This document shows, in pieces, positions 40,592 to 50,338 of a DNA stretch of 57,268 nucleotides. The stretch spans positions 1-57,268 of the forward strand of contig CANJCG010000001.1 of the NCBI GenBank assembly GCA_947472655.1. The letters run 5' to 3'. The stretch comes from Actinomycetota bacterium (GTDB lineage Bacteria; Actinomycetota; Actinomycetes; S36-B12). The notes under the pieces are model-generated. The model did no database searches and was not told the DNA's origin. It saw nothing but the letters and a program-made list of their open reading frames with translations. Each line of letters opens with the position of its first letter. Position 1 is the stretch's first letter. Made by a program: the position numbers and the translations under genes.

Positions 40592-40768
40592 AGAAGCTAG
40601 GTAACCCCACCAAAATTCTCGATTTGCGGCAATTGTTGCCCATGTCACATGTGGGCTCAGATACCTGAATTCGTGAGCGTATTGATCAGCCAGCAGCTCT
40701 TCTAGCCCTGGATATGGTCCGAGAATGCCGGCCACTGATATACGCAAGTCCGGGTGGGAAAGCCAACG

Positions 40769-41527
40769 CTATCTTTGTAAATACTTGGCGATGCCCGCGG
40801 CTAGTGCCTTCGCGTAGAACTGCTGTCCTTGCGAGGATGACATACGAGCCGCATCTGCTTTATTGCGCATATTGCCAAGTTCGACAATGACCGTAGGCAC
40901 GTTGCTGAAATTTAGAGTCGATTGATCACTACGCACCGACAGAGGATTCGATAAGTAGGTCGAGGGTGCGACACCGGAAGTTTTCATCGCGCTGATCATC
41001 GAATTAGCGAGTGCCCGACTTTGCGCACTGATATCCGAAGTCCAGCCTTTAATCTTGGCTGGAGCAATCACATGAAAGCCGTATCCGCGTGCCGAAGCGC
41101 CGTCGCCATGAATGCTGACCATGAGGTTCGCCTTGACCTTGGCCCCAAATGCGCCCCTATCCCACACACATGGTCCCCAAGAATTCGATGAATTCATGGT
41201 TCTCGTGAGGTGCACCGTGGCACCTTGACTCTCCAGAATCTTTTTGAGGTCATTGGCGACTCGCCAGTTCATCGTTGCTTCCGGAAAGCCCTGATTCGTA
41301 GCAGTGCCGGTGGTGTTGCATGATTTTACGATCGTGCCATTAAATTTCGTTTGCTTCATCTGGGCAGCGAATTTTGAATTACTGTTTCCGAGTTGGTGCC
41401 CCGGATCAATAGCGATCACAACACCCGTAAGGGGACTATCGAAAGCTTGAACAGTGCCAGCCGGTAAAGCACCAAGAGCCAGCGGTGTTGCACTCAAAAC
41501 AAGCGCTGTGATCCGAAAGAACTTCAC
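40769..41527 (-). CDS. Secreted N-acetylmuramoyl-L-alanine amidase (Amidase_3 type)
   Basis: 252 aa. Signal peptide, then the motifs VIAIDPGHQ, VSIHGDGA and VIVELGNMRN. 4-nt overlap with the upstream GNAT gene. Confidence 0.85.
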   Translation of the reverse strand: MKFFRITALVLSATPLALGALPAGTVQAFDSPLTGVVIAIDPGHQLGNSNSKFAAQMKQTKFNGTIVKSCNTTGTATNQGFPEATMNWRVANDLKKILESQGATVHLTRTMNSSNSWGPCVWDRGAFGAKVKANLMVSIHGDGASARGYGFHVIAPAKIKGWTSDISAQSRALANSMISAMKTSGVAPSTYLSNPLSVRSDQSTLNFSNVPTVIVELGNMRNKADAARMSSSQGQQFYAKALAAGIAKYLQR

Positions 41528-42015
41528 AGTTCAAGCAGCATTCGGTGATTGCCAAGCGTGTTGGGTTTCACCCGCTCCAAACCAAGCATTTCAGCGACGC
41601 CTTCGTCGTAGGACTCAAGCATGTGGGGATAGACGGAAGGATCAACCGGTGATCCTTCAATCTCCTTGAATCCATGCTTGCCAAAGAATCTAGTTTCAAA
41701 GGTAAGGCAAAACACTCGAGTGATGTCTAACTCGCGGGCACGATTCAGCAAGGCTTCAAGAATTGCCGATCCCACACCAACACGCGTTATGTTTTCTCGC
41801 ACTGCAACGGTGCGTACCTCTGCAAGGTCTTCCCACATTACGTGCAAAGCTCCGCAGCCGATGATTTGGTCAGCATCTACCGCAACAAAAAATTCTTGGA
41901 TGTCTTCATAAAGCGTAACTGTCGCCTTAGTGAGCAATATTCCCCGAGAGGCATAGTGATCCACCATCTCGCGGATCGCAGGTACGTCACGAGGATGTGC
42001 TGGACGAACGATCAC
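41524..42015 (-). CDS. GNAT-family amino-acid N-acetyltransferase (short single-domain ArgA-like)
   Basis: 163 aa. GNAT core (RTVAVRENITRVGVGSAILEAL) and a C-terminal LERVKPNTLGNHRMLL tail like short actinobacterial N-acetylglutamate synthases. Confidence 0.72.
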   Translation of the reverse strand: MIVRPAHPRDVPAIREMVDHYASRGILLTKATVTLYEDIQEFFVAVDADQIIGCGALHVMWEDLAEVRTVAVRENITRVGVGSAILEALLNRARELDITRVFCLTFETRFFGKHGFKEIEGSPVDPSVYPHMLESYDEGVAEMLGLERVKPNTLGNHRMLLEL

Positions 42016-42035
42016 ACCGACTCCTGAAATTGAGG

Positions 42036-43550
42036 TTAGGCCCGTTCGGGCTTGACCAGTGGGAACAAAATGGTCTCACGGATGCCAAGCCCCGTGAGCG
42101 TCATCAGAAGTCGATCGACACCGATTCCAACTCCACCTGAAGGCGGCATGCCATGTTCTAGGGCGCGTAAGAAGTCTTCGTCGAGTTTCATCGCCTCAAC
42201 ATCACCGCGCGCTCCCAACGCAGACTGCTCCATCAATCGTTCACGTTGAACCACTGGATCAACGAGTTCGGAGTAGCCGGTGGCTTGTTCGTATCCATTG
42301 ATATAGAGATCCCACTTCTCAACCTTTCCGGCTTCACTGCGGTGATCTCGGGTAAGCGGCGAGGTATCAATTGGGAAATCCATGACGAAGGTTGGTTGGC
42401 CATCGAAGGTTGAGATCACGTGATGCTCGAAAAGTTCTTCGACTATTTTTCCTTCAACCCAGGTCGTGCCAACTTCCAGGCCAACGGATTTAGCAAGTTC
42501 AACCAAACGAGTGCGCGGAGTCTGTGGAGTGATTTCTTCGCCAACTGCTTCGGAAAGCGATCCATACAATGAAACTTCACGCCACTCACCAGAAAGATCA
42601 TGTTCAGTGCCATCCATATGTGTCACAACTTGTGATCCAAAGACTGCTTGTGCTGCTTCTTGGATTAATTCACGAGTCAGTTTGGCCATCTCGCGATAGT
42701 CGGCATATGCCTGGTAGAACTCCAGCATCGCAAACTCAGGTGAGTGAGTTGAGTCGGAGCCTTCATTGCGGAAGTTACGGTTGATCTCAAAAACTCGTTC
42801 CATTCCACCGACAACCGCTCGCTTTAAGAAGAGTTCCGGTGCAATGCGCAGGAAGAGTTGAAGGTCAAAAGCATTCGATGTTGTGATGAACGGACGCGCT
42901 GTTGCCCCACCATGCATTGTCTGCAGCATCGGTGTTTCAATTTCTTGATAACCACGAGCTTCAAGACTTCGTCGAATTTGTCCTACCGCTGTAATTCGAG
43001 TTTGTGCCATCTGACGAGCTTCTGGCCGCATGATCAAGTCCAGGTAGCGCTGACGAATGCGGCTGTCGTCATTCATCGGCTTATGAGCAACGGGCAGTGG
43101 GCGAAGCGACTTAGATGCCATCGTCCACGTGTCAGCAAGAACCGATAGTTCGCCACGCTTGGAAGTGATGACTTCGCCTGCAATGAACACATGATCGCCA
43201 AGATCAACCAGTGACTTCCACTGATCTAAGGCTTCCTCCCCCACTTTGGCCAAAGAGAGCATTCCTTGAATTTCAGTGCCATCTCCCGCACGAAGGGTCG
43301 CAAAACATAGTTTTCCGGTATTGCGCACAAAGATCACTCGACCAGCAAGGCCAACCTTGATGCCAGTCTGTACATCGATCTCAAGATCGGGGAACTGAAG
43401 TCGCACCGAAGCGATGGTCGCGGTGATTGGCAGGGCTACCGGATATGGGTCCAAGCCCTGTGCTGCGAGTTTGTTCCGCTTGTCACGGCGGATCTGCATC
43501 TGCTCGGGCAGCTCTAGCTCTTCATCAGGTTCGGTGCTCACGATGGTCAA
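42036..43550 (-). CDS. lysS: Lysine--tRNA ligase (class II)
   Basis: 504 aa. OB anticodon-binding domain plus class II motifs ([17 protein letters not shown]). Confidence 0.96.
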   Translation of the reverse strand: MTIVSTEPDEELELPEQMQIRRDKRNKLAAQGLDPYPVALPITATIASVRLQFPDLEIDVQTGIKVGLAGRVIFVRNTGKLCFATLRAGDGTEIQGMLSLAKVGEEALDQWKSLVDLGDHVFIAGEVITSKRGELSVLADTWTMASKSLRPLPVAHKPMNDDSRIRQRYLDLIMRPEARQMAQTRITAVGQIRRSLEARGYQEIETPMLQTMHGGATARPFITTSNAFDLQLFLRIAPELFLKRAVVGGMERVFEINRNFRNEGSDSTHSPEFAMLEFYQAYADYREMAKLTRELIQEAAQAVFGSQVVTHMDGTEHDLSGEWREVSLYGSLSEAVGEEITPQTPRTRLVELAKSVGLEVGTTWVEGKIVEELFEHHVISTFDGQPTFVMDFPIDTSPLTRDHRSEAGKVEKWDLYINGYEQATGYSELVDPVVQRERLMEQSALGARGDVEAMKLDEDFLRALEHGMPPSGGVGIGVDRLLMTLTGLGIRETILFPLVKPERA

Positions 43551-43578
43551 GGTTAGCGGCTGGCCTTACGCTGCCCAC

Positions 43579-44283
43579 ATGCTCGTCAACGCTGCTGCCC
43601 TGGCCCCCTTCAATCAGGTCACCCCAATCACCAGCGTGCTCTTTGATTTGCACTCCACTCTCGTAGACCAAGGCGACAGCGCTTCCTGGCTGAATCTGGC
43701 CTTGGCTCGAGCCCCACATGACTTCACCGAGCCCGATCATCGAGCGCTTCTGGATTTTTTGGACCGCATCTGGGAAAACGCTCGAGTATTGGATCCGGAA
43801 AGTTCTCGAGATCTCAGTGCCGGCGCGCATGCACGGGTCTTTCACAGACTCCTTGCACAAGGACCCGCAGTTGATCCAACGCTCGCCAATGCGTTGTATG
43901 AGGTCTTACTCGATACCTGGGTGGCTTACGACGATGCCATCCCAACGCTCGCGGCACTTAAGGATGCTGGCATCAAGATTGGAATCCTGTCTAACGTCGG
44001 GGTCTCAATTCACCACGTACTCGAACGCGAAGGCCTGGCGAAATTTGCCGACGGTGTCGTGCTGTCCTGCGAAGTAGGCTCGGTGAAACCTGACCTTGCA
44101 ATCTTTGAGGCCAGCTTGGATTCAATCGGCAGCACAGCAGCCGAAACCTTGATGGTCGGCGATAGCGGTCACGATGATGTAGGTGGCACTGCGCTGGGTA
44201 TGCGCACGTTGGTCTTACCCCGAACTCGAGGTCGCAACCATGGACTTGCTGTGGTTGTCGGGCTCGTCTTAGCTTCGCGTTAA
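43579..44283 (+). CDS. HAD-superfamily hydrolase (atypical motif I)
   Basis: About 234 aa from the ATG at 43579; the track start at 43414 lies inside lysS. Motif I reads LFDLHSTLVD, with His where the second Asp is normally found. Motif IV is VGDSGHDDVGG. Confidence 0.72.
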   Translation: MLVNAAALAPFNQVTPITSVLFDLHSTLVDQGDSASWLNLALARAPHDFTEPDHRALLDFLDRIWENARVLDPESSRDLSAGAHARVFHRLLAQGPAVDPTLANALYEVLLDTWVAYDDAIPTLAALKDAGIKIGILSNVGVSIHHVLEREGLAKFADGVVLSCEVGSVKPDLAIFEASLDSIGSTAAETLMVGDSGHDDVGGTALGMRTLVLPRTRGRNHGLAVVVGLVLASR

Positions 44284-44317
44284 CGGTTGCCTCGCGCTCG
44301 CAAGTTCTTGGCAGTGA

Positions 44318-45079
44318 CTAATTCGAAGTGTTGCGTTCAAATACTAATCGCAAACCGATCAAGGTGAGATCCGGTTCGTGGTGAGTGATTGTTCGGGATT
44401 CATCAATAACAATAGAAGCTAGGCCACCAGTGGCGATAACTGCTGTTACGTGGTCAAGTTCTTCGCTTATGCGTTCGACCATTCCGTCTACCTGGCCAGC
44501 AAAGCCGTAAAGCGCTCCTGACTGCAAGGCCTCAACTGTGTTCTTTCCAATTGCTGCACGGGGACGAATTAACTCCACCTTGCGCAGCGCGGCTGCGCGT
44601 GAGGCCAACGCATCGAGTGAGATTTCAATGCCAGGTGCTAGTGCTCCACCAATAAACTCGCCCTTCGCAGAAACCACGTCAAGGTTTGTTGACGTTCCAA
44701 AATCGACGACGATGCTTGGTCCGCCGTAGAGAGCAAACGCAGCAACCGTGTTAACGATTCGATCTGTTCCTACTTCTTTTGGATTGTCTGTGAGCACGGG
44801 TACACCAGTTTTGGTTCCCGGCTCAACAATCACCGTTTCAATATTCGCAAAGTATTTGGCAAGCATGATTCGCATCTCACGGAGAACAGCCGGGACTGTG
44901 CTGCATAGTGCGATTCCTGTGATGGGTCCATGCTCTACGAGAAGTCCACGAAAAGTCAGCGCGATCTCATCTGCTGTTGACCGAGCGTCAGTTTTAATGC
45001 GCCAAGAGGCTGCTAGCTCCTCGCCATCAAAAATGCCAAGAACCGTGTTGGTGTTACCAACATCGATAGTCAGGAGCAT
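44318..45079 (-). CDS. coaX: Type III pantothenate kinase
   Basis: 253 aa. ASKHA motifs LLTIDVGNTN and VVDFGTSTN. Its start immediately abuts the nadC stop. Confidence 0.93.
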   Translation of the reverse strand: MLLTIDVGNTNTVLGIFDGEELAASWRIKTDARSTADEIALTFRGLLVEHGPITGIALCSTVPAVLREMRIMLAKYFANIETVIVEPGTKTGVPVLTDNPKEVGTDRIVNTVAAFALYGGPSIVVDFGTSTNLDVVSAKGEFIGGALAPGIEISLDALASRAAALRKVELIRPRAAIGKNTVEALQSGALYGFAGQVDGMVERISEELDHVTAVIATGGLASIVIDESRTITHHEPDLTLIGLRLVFERNTSN

Positions 45080-45988
45080 TTAGTTCTCCGTCCTTAGGTC
45101 AGCGCCAATGTCGAGTACTGGCGCTGAGTGAGTCAACGCACCGACAGCAAGGTAGTCGACGCCTGTCTCGGCCACTTCACGCGCCACGTCAAAGGTCAGT
45201 CCCCCAGAGGCTTCTAGCCGGGCGCGCCCCTTGGTTCTGGTCACGGCATCGCGCATTTGCTCGGTGGTGAAATTATCGAGAAGCACCAGATCTGCGCCTG
45301 CCAACAGCACCTCGTCGAGTTGATCCATCGAGTCAACTTCTACCTCGACTGGCACTCCGGGGAATGTTTCCCGCACCAGGTTGAAGGCTTGGGTTACTCC
45401 CCCTGCGGCAAGCACATGGTTGTCCTTGACTAATGCGGCATCAGAAAGTGACATCCGATGATTCACTCCGCCGCCACACCTGACTGCGTACTTTTCAAGG
45501 GTGCGAAGGCCCGGTGTTGTTTTGCGGGTATCGCGGATTGCAGCTCCCGTTCCCGCAATTTCGTCTACCCATGTGCGCGTGGCAGTGGCAATACCACTCA
45601 GATGGCCTAGGAAATTTAATGCTGGACGCTCAGCACGGAGTAATGCATGAGTTGTTGCGCGGACAGAAATCACAACATGGCCAGCTTGAACTACATCGCC
45701 ATCATTAGCGCCAAATTCAATTTCAATATCCTCATCACCACACACTGCCATGAACACTGCGGCTGAGACTGGAACACCCGCGATTACGCCCCCGCGACGA
45801 GCACACAAATCAAGAACAGCAATCTGGTCAACTGGAACGGTAGCCATCGTGGTCACGTCTTGCCCACCATCAAGATCTTCCTCGACTGCGCGATTTATCA
45901 ACTCTTCTAGATACGTTGGATCAAGACGTGCATCGATAAGCATGCGCGAAATAGTCGGTCCAAATACTTTTGAGTTCTGCTCAGTCAT
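45080..45988 (-). CDS. nadC: Nicotinate-nucleotide (quinolinate) pyrophosphorylase
   Basis: 302 aa. QPRTase family (RKTTPGLR, LDNF). 4-nt overlap with nadB. Confidence 0.94.
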   Translation of the reverse strand: MTEQNSKVFGPTISRMLIDARLDPTYLEELINRAVEEDLDGGQDVTTMATVPVDQIAVLDLCARRGGVIAGVPVSAAVFMAVCGDEDIEIEFGANDGDVVQAGHVVISVRATTHALLRAERPALNFLGHLSGIATATRTWVDEIAGTGAAIRDTRKTTPGLRTLEKYAVRCGGGVNHRMSLSDAALVKDNHVLAAGGVTQAFNLVRETFPGVPVEVEVDSMDQLDEVLLAGADLVLLDNFTTEQMRDAVTRTKGRARLEASGGLTFDVAREVAETGVDYLAVGALTHSAPVLDIGADLRTEN

Positions 45989-47649
45989 CGTTGTCCTTCA
46001 TCTGGATACGTGACTCCAAAACGAGGCACTGTTCTCGTGCGCAATGTTCCATCACTATTGAGGTTACTGACAAGTCGAACCTGCCACTGAGCGTCTTCTC
46101 GCTCTGGAAAATCCTCACGCCAATGCGAGCCGCGAGTTTCTTCTCGCAGTGATGCGTGCCTAGTAAGGGCGGCAGCAATCGTTGTGATGTTCGTGGTTTC
46201 CCAGTCCTCCGCGATGGGATGACCCAACTCAGTGGTCGCTAATGAATTAAGTTCGGTTGCAGCCAGTGCCAGTGAATCAGAACTGCGAAGCACCCCGACA
46301 TGGTGATCCATTGTCTTTTGCACCCGACGGCGAATCTGATGCGGCAGCAATCTTTGACCTTCGCGGGAAGGCAAAATTGGTTCACGCACCACACCGAGGT
46401 TCGCCGAAATTCGCGATCCGATTCGACCAGCGAAAACTAAACCTTCAAGTAGCGAGTTCGACGCCAGCCGGTTAGCACCGTGTACCCCAGTACAAGCAAC
46501 CTCGCCACATGCGTACAGCCCAGGAATAGACGTGCGCCCAAATAGATCAGTTAAGACACCACCCGAGACGTAATGTTGCGCAGGTGAAACCGGGATGAGA
46601 TCAGTTACCGGATCTATTCCACGTGATCTGCAGGATTCAAGGATCGTTGGAAAACGTCGAACCCAAGTATCAGCACCAAGTTTTCGAGCATCTAGCCACA
46701 CATGATCAGCCTGGGTTTGTCGCATGCGTCGCATGATCGCTTTCGCTACCACATCGCGAGGAGCTAAATCTGCCATCGGATGCTCATCGATCATGAATCT
46801 GACCCCATCACTGTCGATGAGATAAGCGCCCTCGCCACGAACCGCTTCTGACACCAAAGGTTGTTGACCTTGTGCAAATGGGCCCAGCCACATCACCGTA
46901 GGGTGGAACTGCACGAACTCAAGATCAGCCACATCTGCACCCGCTCGCATGGCTAGTGCTACCCCATCGCCAGTGGATACATATGGATTCGTAGTTTGTC
47001 GAAATACTTGCCCAAAACCACCAGTAGCTAACACAATCGCGGGCGCTAACGCTGCTCCAACTCCGTCACGTTGCCCAGTGCCCATCACGTGCAGGGTTAT
47101 CCCTTGCGCTGCACCCGTTGCATCAGTGATGAGATCAAGTGCCAGAGCATTTTCAACTAATTCGATTCCTGAATCTTGAGCGATCGCTTCAACCATTGCA
47201 CGTGAAATCTCGGCACCCGTTGCATCGCCGCCTGCATGTGCGATTCGATCGCGGTGATGTCCGCCTTCTCTGGTCAGCGCGATCTCACCGTCTGCTTCAG
47301 TATCAAAGCGGGCACCTAAGGAAATTAATCCGCGAACCGCGGCAGGGCCTTCAGTAACAAGAACGCGTACGGCTTCTTCGTCACACAAACCGACGCCGGC
47401 ATCTAAAGTGTCTTCAAGGTGCTCAGCCGGTGAATCATCCTCTGCCAATGCTGCAGCGATTCCGCCCTGTGCCCAACGAGTTGAGCCTTCATTGACTTGT
47501 GCTTTGGTAACAACCAACACGGTTAATCCAGAACGGCGCAGATGTAGCGCTGTTGCTAATCCAGCGATTCCAGACCCGACAACAATGACATCGGCACGTA
47601 CAGTCCACCCCGGTTGAGCTGCAGCAAGTTGAACGGGAAGTTGAATCAT
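45985..47649 (-). CDS. nadB: L-aspartate oxidase
   Basis: 554-aa flavoprotein. FAD motif VIVVGSGIAGL and a succinate dehydrogenase/fumarate reductase-like fold (HPTV, GGLYACGE-like GLYACGEVA). Confidence 0.95.
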   Translation of the reverse strand: MIQLPVQLAAAQPGWTVRADVIVVGSGIAGLATALHLRRSGLTVLVVTKAQVNEGSTRWAQGGIAAALAEDDSPAEHLEDTLDAGVGLCDEEAVRVLVTEGPAAVRGLISLGARFDTEADGEIALTREGGHHRDRIAHAGGDATGAEISRAMVEAIAQDSGIELVENALALDLITDATGAAQGITLHVMGTGQRDGVGAALAPAIVLATGGFGQVFRQTTNPYVSTGDGVALAMRAGADVADLEFVQFHPTVMWLGPFAQGQQPLVSEAVRGEGAYLIDSDGVRFMIDEHPMADLAPRDVVAKAIMRRMRQTQADHVWLDARKLGADTWVRRFPTILESCRSRGIDPVTDLIPVSPAQHYVSGGVLTDLFGRTSIPGLYACGEVACTGVHGANRLASNSLLEGLVFAGRIGSRISANLGVVREPILPSREGQRLLPHQIRRRVQKTMDHHVGVLRSSDSLALAATELNSLATTELGHPIAEDWETTNITTIAAALTRHASLREETRGSHWREDFPEREDAQWQVRLVSNLNSDGTLRTRTVPRFGVTYPDEGQR

Positions 47650-47651
47650 CG

Positions 47652-48509
47652 TTATGGCCCAACTTCGCAGGCAATATTGTCTATGAGTCGCGTGTTCCCT
47701 ACTCGTGCCGCGATAAGCACCCGGCCTGCGCCTTGAGTTGCTGGCCCAAGTTGTGGATTGGTGATCACCAAATAGTCAACAGCAACTTCAGAATGATCTG
47801 ACAAAATTGCGTTACCAGCTCGAACACCTGCCACAGCACCGTCATGCTTGGCGACTTCTGCCGCAGCTTGAATCGCTCGCGGAATAACAACTGCCACGGC
47901 CCGTTCTTGTTTTGACAGGAACCGATTCCTACTACTCATCGCCAAACCGTCTTCTTCTCGGACAGTGGGCACACCTATTACTTCAACAGGGAAGCGTAAC
48001 TGAGTAGCCATCGAAGTGATTAATGCGAGCTGCTGGTAATCCTTTTCTCCATAGAGCGCGTATTGCGGCGCAGTCAGATGTAAAAGTTTTCCAACAATCG
48101 TGAGCATGCCCTTGAAATGTCCTGGTCGCGCAGCGCCTTCGAGAATCTCGCCAAGAGCCCCCGGTTCAATCATTACTTGATTGCTGAGCTCGGCAAGATT
48201 CGATGACCCATACATTTCTTCTACTGAAGGCGCAAACACCACGTCTGCGCCAGCGGTACCGCTGACTTCAAGATCGTGTTCTAACGTGCGTGGATAGCGA
48301 TCAAAATCTTCACCTGCGCCAAATTGGGTTGGATTCACGAAATCTGTCACCACGACATATCCAGAACGACCAACAATCTCGCGTGCTGTTCGTATCAAGG
48401 TTGCATGACCTTCATGGAGCGCTCCCATGGTCATCACAACTGCAACGGATCGGTTATCGCCACGTGCGGCAATCAGCTCACTATGCGTCGAAGCTAAAAG
48501 TGCGCTCAC
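47652..48509 (-). CDS. panC: Pantoate--beta-alanine ligase
   Basis: 285 aa. HxGH-type motif MGALHEGH and the KMSSR-like MSSRN. Confidence 0.95.
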   Translation of the reverse strand: MSALLASTHSELIAARGDNRSVAVVMTMGALHEGHATLIRTAREIVGRSGYVVVTDFVNPTQFGAGEDFDRYPRTLEHDLEVSGTAGADVVFAPSVEEMYGSSNLAELSNQVMIEPGALGEILEGAARPGHFKGMLTIVGKLLHLTAPQYALYGEKDYQQLALITSMATQLRFPVEVIGVPTVREEDGLAMSSRNRFLSKQERAVAVVIPRAIQAAAEVAKHDGAVAGVRAGNAILSDHSEVAVDYLVITNPQLGPATQGAGRVLIAARVGNTRLIDNIACEVGP

Positions 48510-49393
48510 TTGACTCCCTTTTCGGTGCTCAAGACATCTAACAGTGCCTCAGCAAGTGACGTCGAGAGCAAGCCGGCCGCAACGCTGCGATCAGCCGTGA
48601 CCCGCGCCATCGCCCGGTAGGCATCGGCAGCAGTGCTCGATTGCTCAGCGATCACTGCAAGATGTGTAGCAACTGTGGCTGCATCACCCCGAGCAACCGG
48701 TCCGGTAAGTGCTTGATCACCTAGCCTTAACGCGTTATCCAAGCTGGCACTCAACAGTGGAGCCAGCACTCGCTGCGGATAGTCAATTCCGGCCTGCTGT
48801 AACAACTCGGCACTCTGAGCAACAAGAGTGATTAAATAATTTGATCCAAAAGCCAAGGCAGCGTGATACAGGGCTCGCTTTTCTTCAGGAACCCAAATCG
48901 GGTCGCCGCCAATTTCAATAACTAGAGCCTCAGCTGCCGAACGCAATTCATCTGGTGCAGTCACCCCGAATGGACACTCATCCAGTCTGGTGAGATCCAT
49001 ACTCGTTCCGGTAAATGTCATCACCGGATGTATTGCCAGTGGTAGCGCCCCAAGTTTTGTTACCGGATCCATGACTTCAGTTCCATAGCGTCCACTGAGG
49101 TGTGCCCAAAACTGACCTGGTTTCACGACATTGGCTGCAGCAAGCCCCTGCAATAGCCCGGGTAAAACATCATCAGGCACTGCGACAACTACAAGGTCTG
49201 AAGCGGCAACCACTTCAGCGATATCAACGATGGGAACACCGGGAAGTAACGCCTGAGCGCGCAATTGAGAAAGATCTGAAACGGCTGAAACTGCGACGAC
49301 CACATGACCGGCGCGGTGCAAGGCAGCACCAATAACTGATCCTGCGCGACCGGTGCCAATGACGCCGACACGAAGGCGGGGAGGAGCCGTCAC
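48506..49393 (-). CDS. Rossmann-fold NAD(P)-binding protein with DUF2520-like C-terminal domain
   Basis: 295 aa. Dinucleotide motif RVGVIGTGRAGSVIG. Conserved partner immediately upstream of panC in actinobacteria, with a 4-nt overlap with panC. Confidence 0.72.
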   Translation of the reverse strand: MTAPPRLRVGVIGTGRAGSVIGAALHRAGHVVVAVSAVSDLSQLRAQALLPGVPIVDIAEVVAASDLVVVAVPDDVLPGLLQGLAAANVVKPGQFWAHLSGRYGTEVMDPVTKLGALPLAIHPVMTFTGTSMDLTRLDECPFGVTAPDELRSAAEALVIEIGGDPIWVPEEKRALYHAALAFGSNYLITLVAQSAELLQQAGIDYPQRVLAPLLSASLDNALRLGDQALTGPVARGDAATVATHLAVIAEQSSTAADAYRAMARVTADRSVAAGLLSTSLAEALLDVLSTEKGVK

Positions 49394-49429
49394 AGTTAAG
49401 AGCGTAGAGGCTCGCTAACGTCTTGTGCT

Positions 49430-50338
49430 GTGGCGGCTCTCAAACCTTGGATTGACGGCTGGCAAGAGGCTGCATTTGGCCCTGACGGCTTCTACCGGAA
49501 GCAACATCCCTACGACCATTTCGCCACGTCCGTATCCCAGGATGCCTTGGCCCCAGCCCTGCTGCCCTATCTCGTCAGCGCCCTAGACCACCTTGATTCG
49601 GTAACCGTGGTTGACGTGGGAGCCGGCGATGGTGATCTCGGAGTCCAACTGCATGACCTTTTGGATGAAAACCTGCGCTTACGGGTGCATTTTCTGGCCT
49701 TGGATCTTGGACTCAGACCCATCCATTTGCCGGAGTTCATCCAATGGCGCCAAGGTGACGCCCGCGAAACGATCGCCACAATCGCTGCCGGAAACATGAT
49801 CCTGATTGCTCATGAGTTCCTAGACGATCTGCCTTGTGATGTAGTTGAAGTTGATGAAGCAGGCCTGGTGCGCCTTGGCATGGTTGAAGGAAGTACGCAG
49901 GAACTCACCTTTGGTCAGGAGCTACACGCTGCAGAACATCAGCAGCACTTGCAATGGTTGGCAAACTGGTGGCCAGTGCAACGACCGCTTATGCGGGCTG
50001 AGGTTGGCAGAAGCCGGGATGAATTTTGGAACCTCGCAACCTCTCGCATAACGGCTGGTTACTCCATTGCTATCGACTACGGACACATCAAGGCCGACCG
50101 CGAACGCGGACTTTGGGATGGAGGCACGCTCACTGGCTACCGAGACTCGATGACGGTGTCCCCTACTGCAAACAATTCGGTCAATCTCACTGCACATGTT
50201 GCGATCGATGCAATCGCTGCGGCATCGGCAGGAAATCCAGTAACCCGTACCTTTCGATTAGGACCAACCCCAGATTTTTGGTGGACGGTTGCGGCCTATG
50301 GAATTGAGTTCCCGCAACCTGACAAGATGCCTACGTGA
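49430..50338 (+). CDS. MidA/NDUFAF7-type SAM-dependent methyltransferase (DUF185 / Methyltransf_28-like)
   Basis: 302 aa, GTG start. The family hallmarks occur in order: GFYRKQHPYDHFATS, SAM loop VVDVGAGDGDLG, IAHEFLDDLPCDVVE, IAIDYGH, GTLTGYRDS, NLTAHVAIDAI. The stop overlaps the next ORF's start (GTGA at 50335-50338). Confidence 0.8.
   Translation: MAALKPWIDGWQEAAFGPDGFYRKQHPYDHFATSVSQDALAPALLPYLVSALDHLDSVTVVDVGAGDGDLGVQLHDLLDENLRLRVHFLALDLGLRPIHLPEFIQWRQGDARETIATIAAGNMILIAHEFLDDLPCDVVEVDEAGLVRLGMVEGSTQELTFGQELHAAEHQQHLQWLANWWPVQRPLMRAEVGRSRDEFWNLATSRITAGYSIAIDYGHIKADRERGLWDGGTLTGYRDSMTVSPTANNSVNLTAHVAIDAIAAASAGNPVTRTFRLGPTPDFWWTVAAYGIEFPQPDKMPT

Noticed and set aside
40490-40747. 85-aa ORF inside the clpC leader.
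   Set aside because: I recognise no family and saw no convincing RBS. It spans the putative ClgR operator, and its second half is Arg/Gly/Ser/Pro-rich. It is more likely non-coding leader sequence. I cannot fully exclude a small protein without comparative data.
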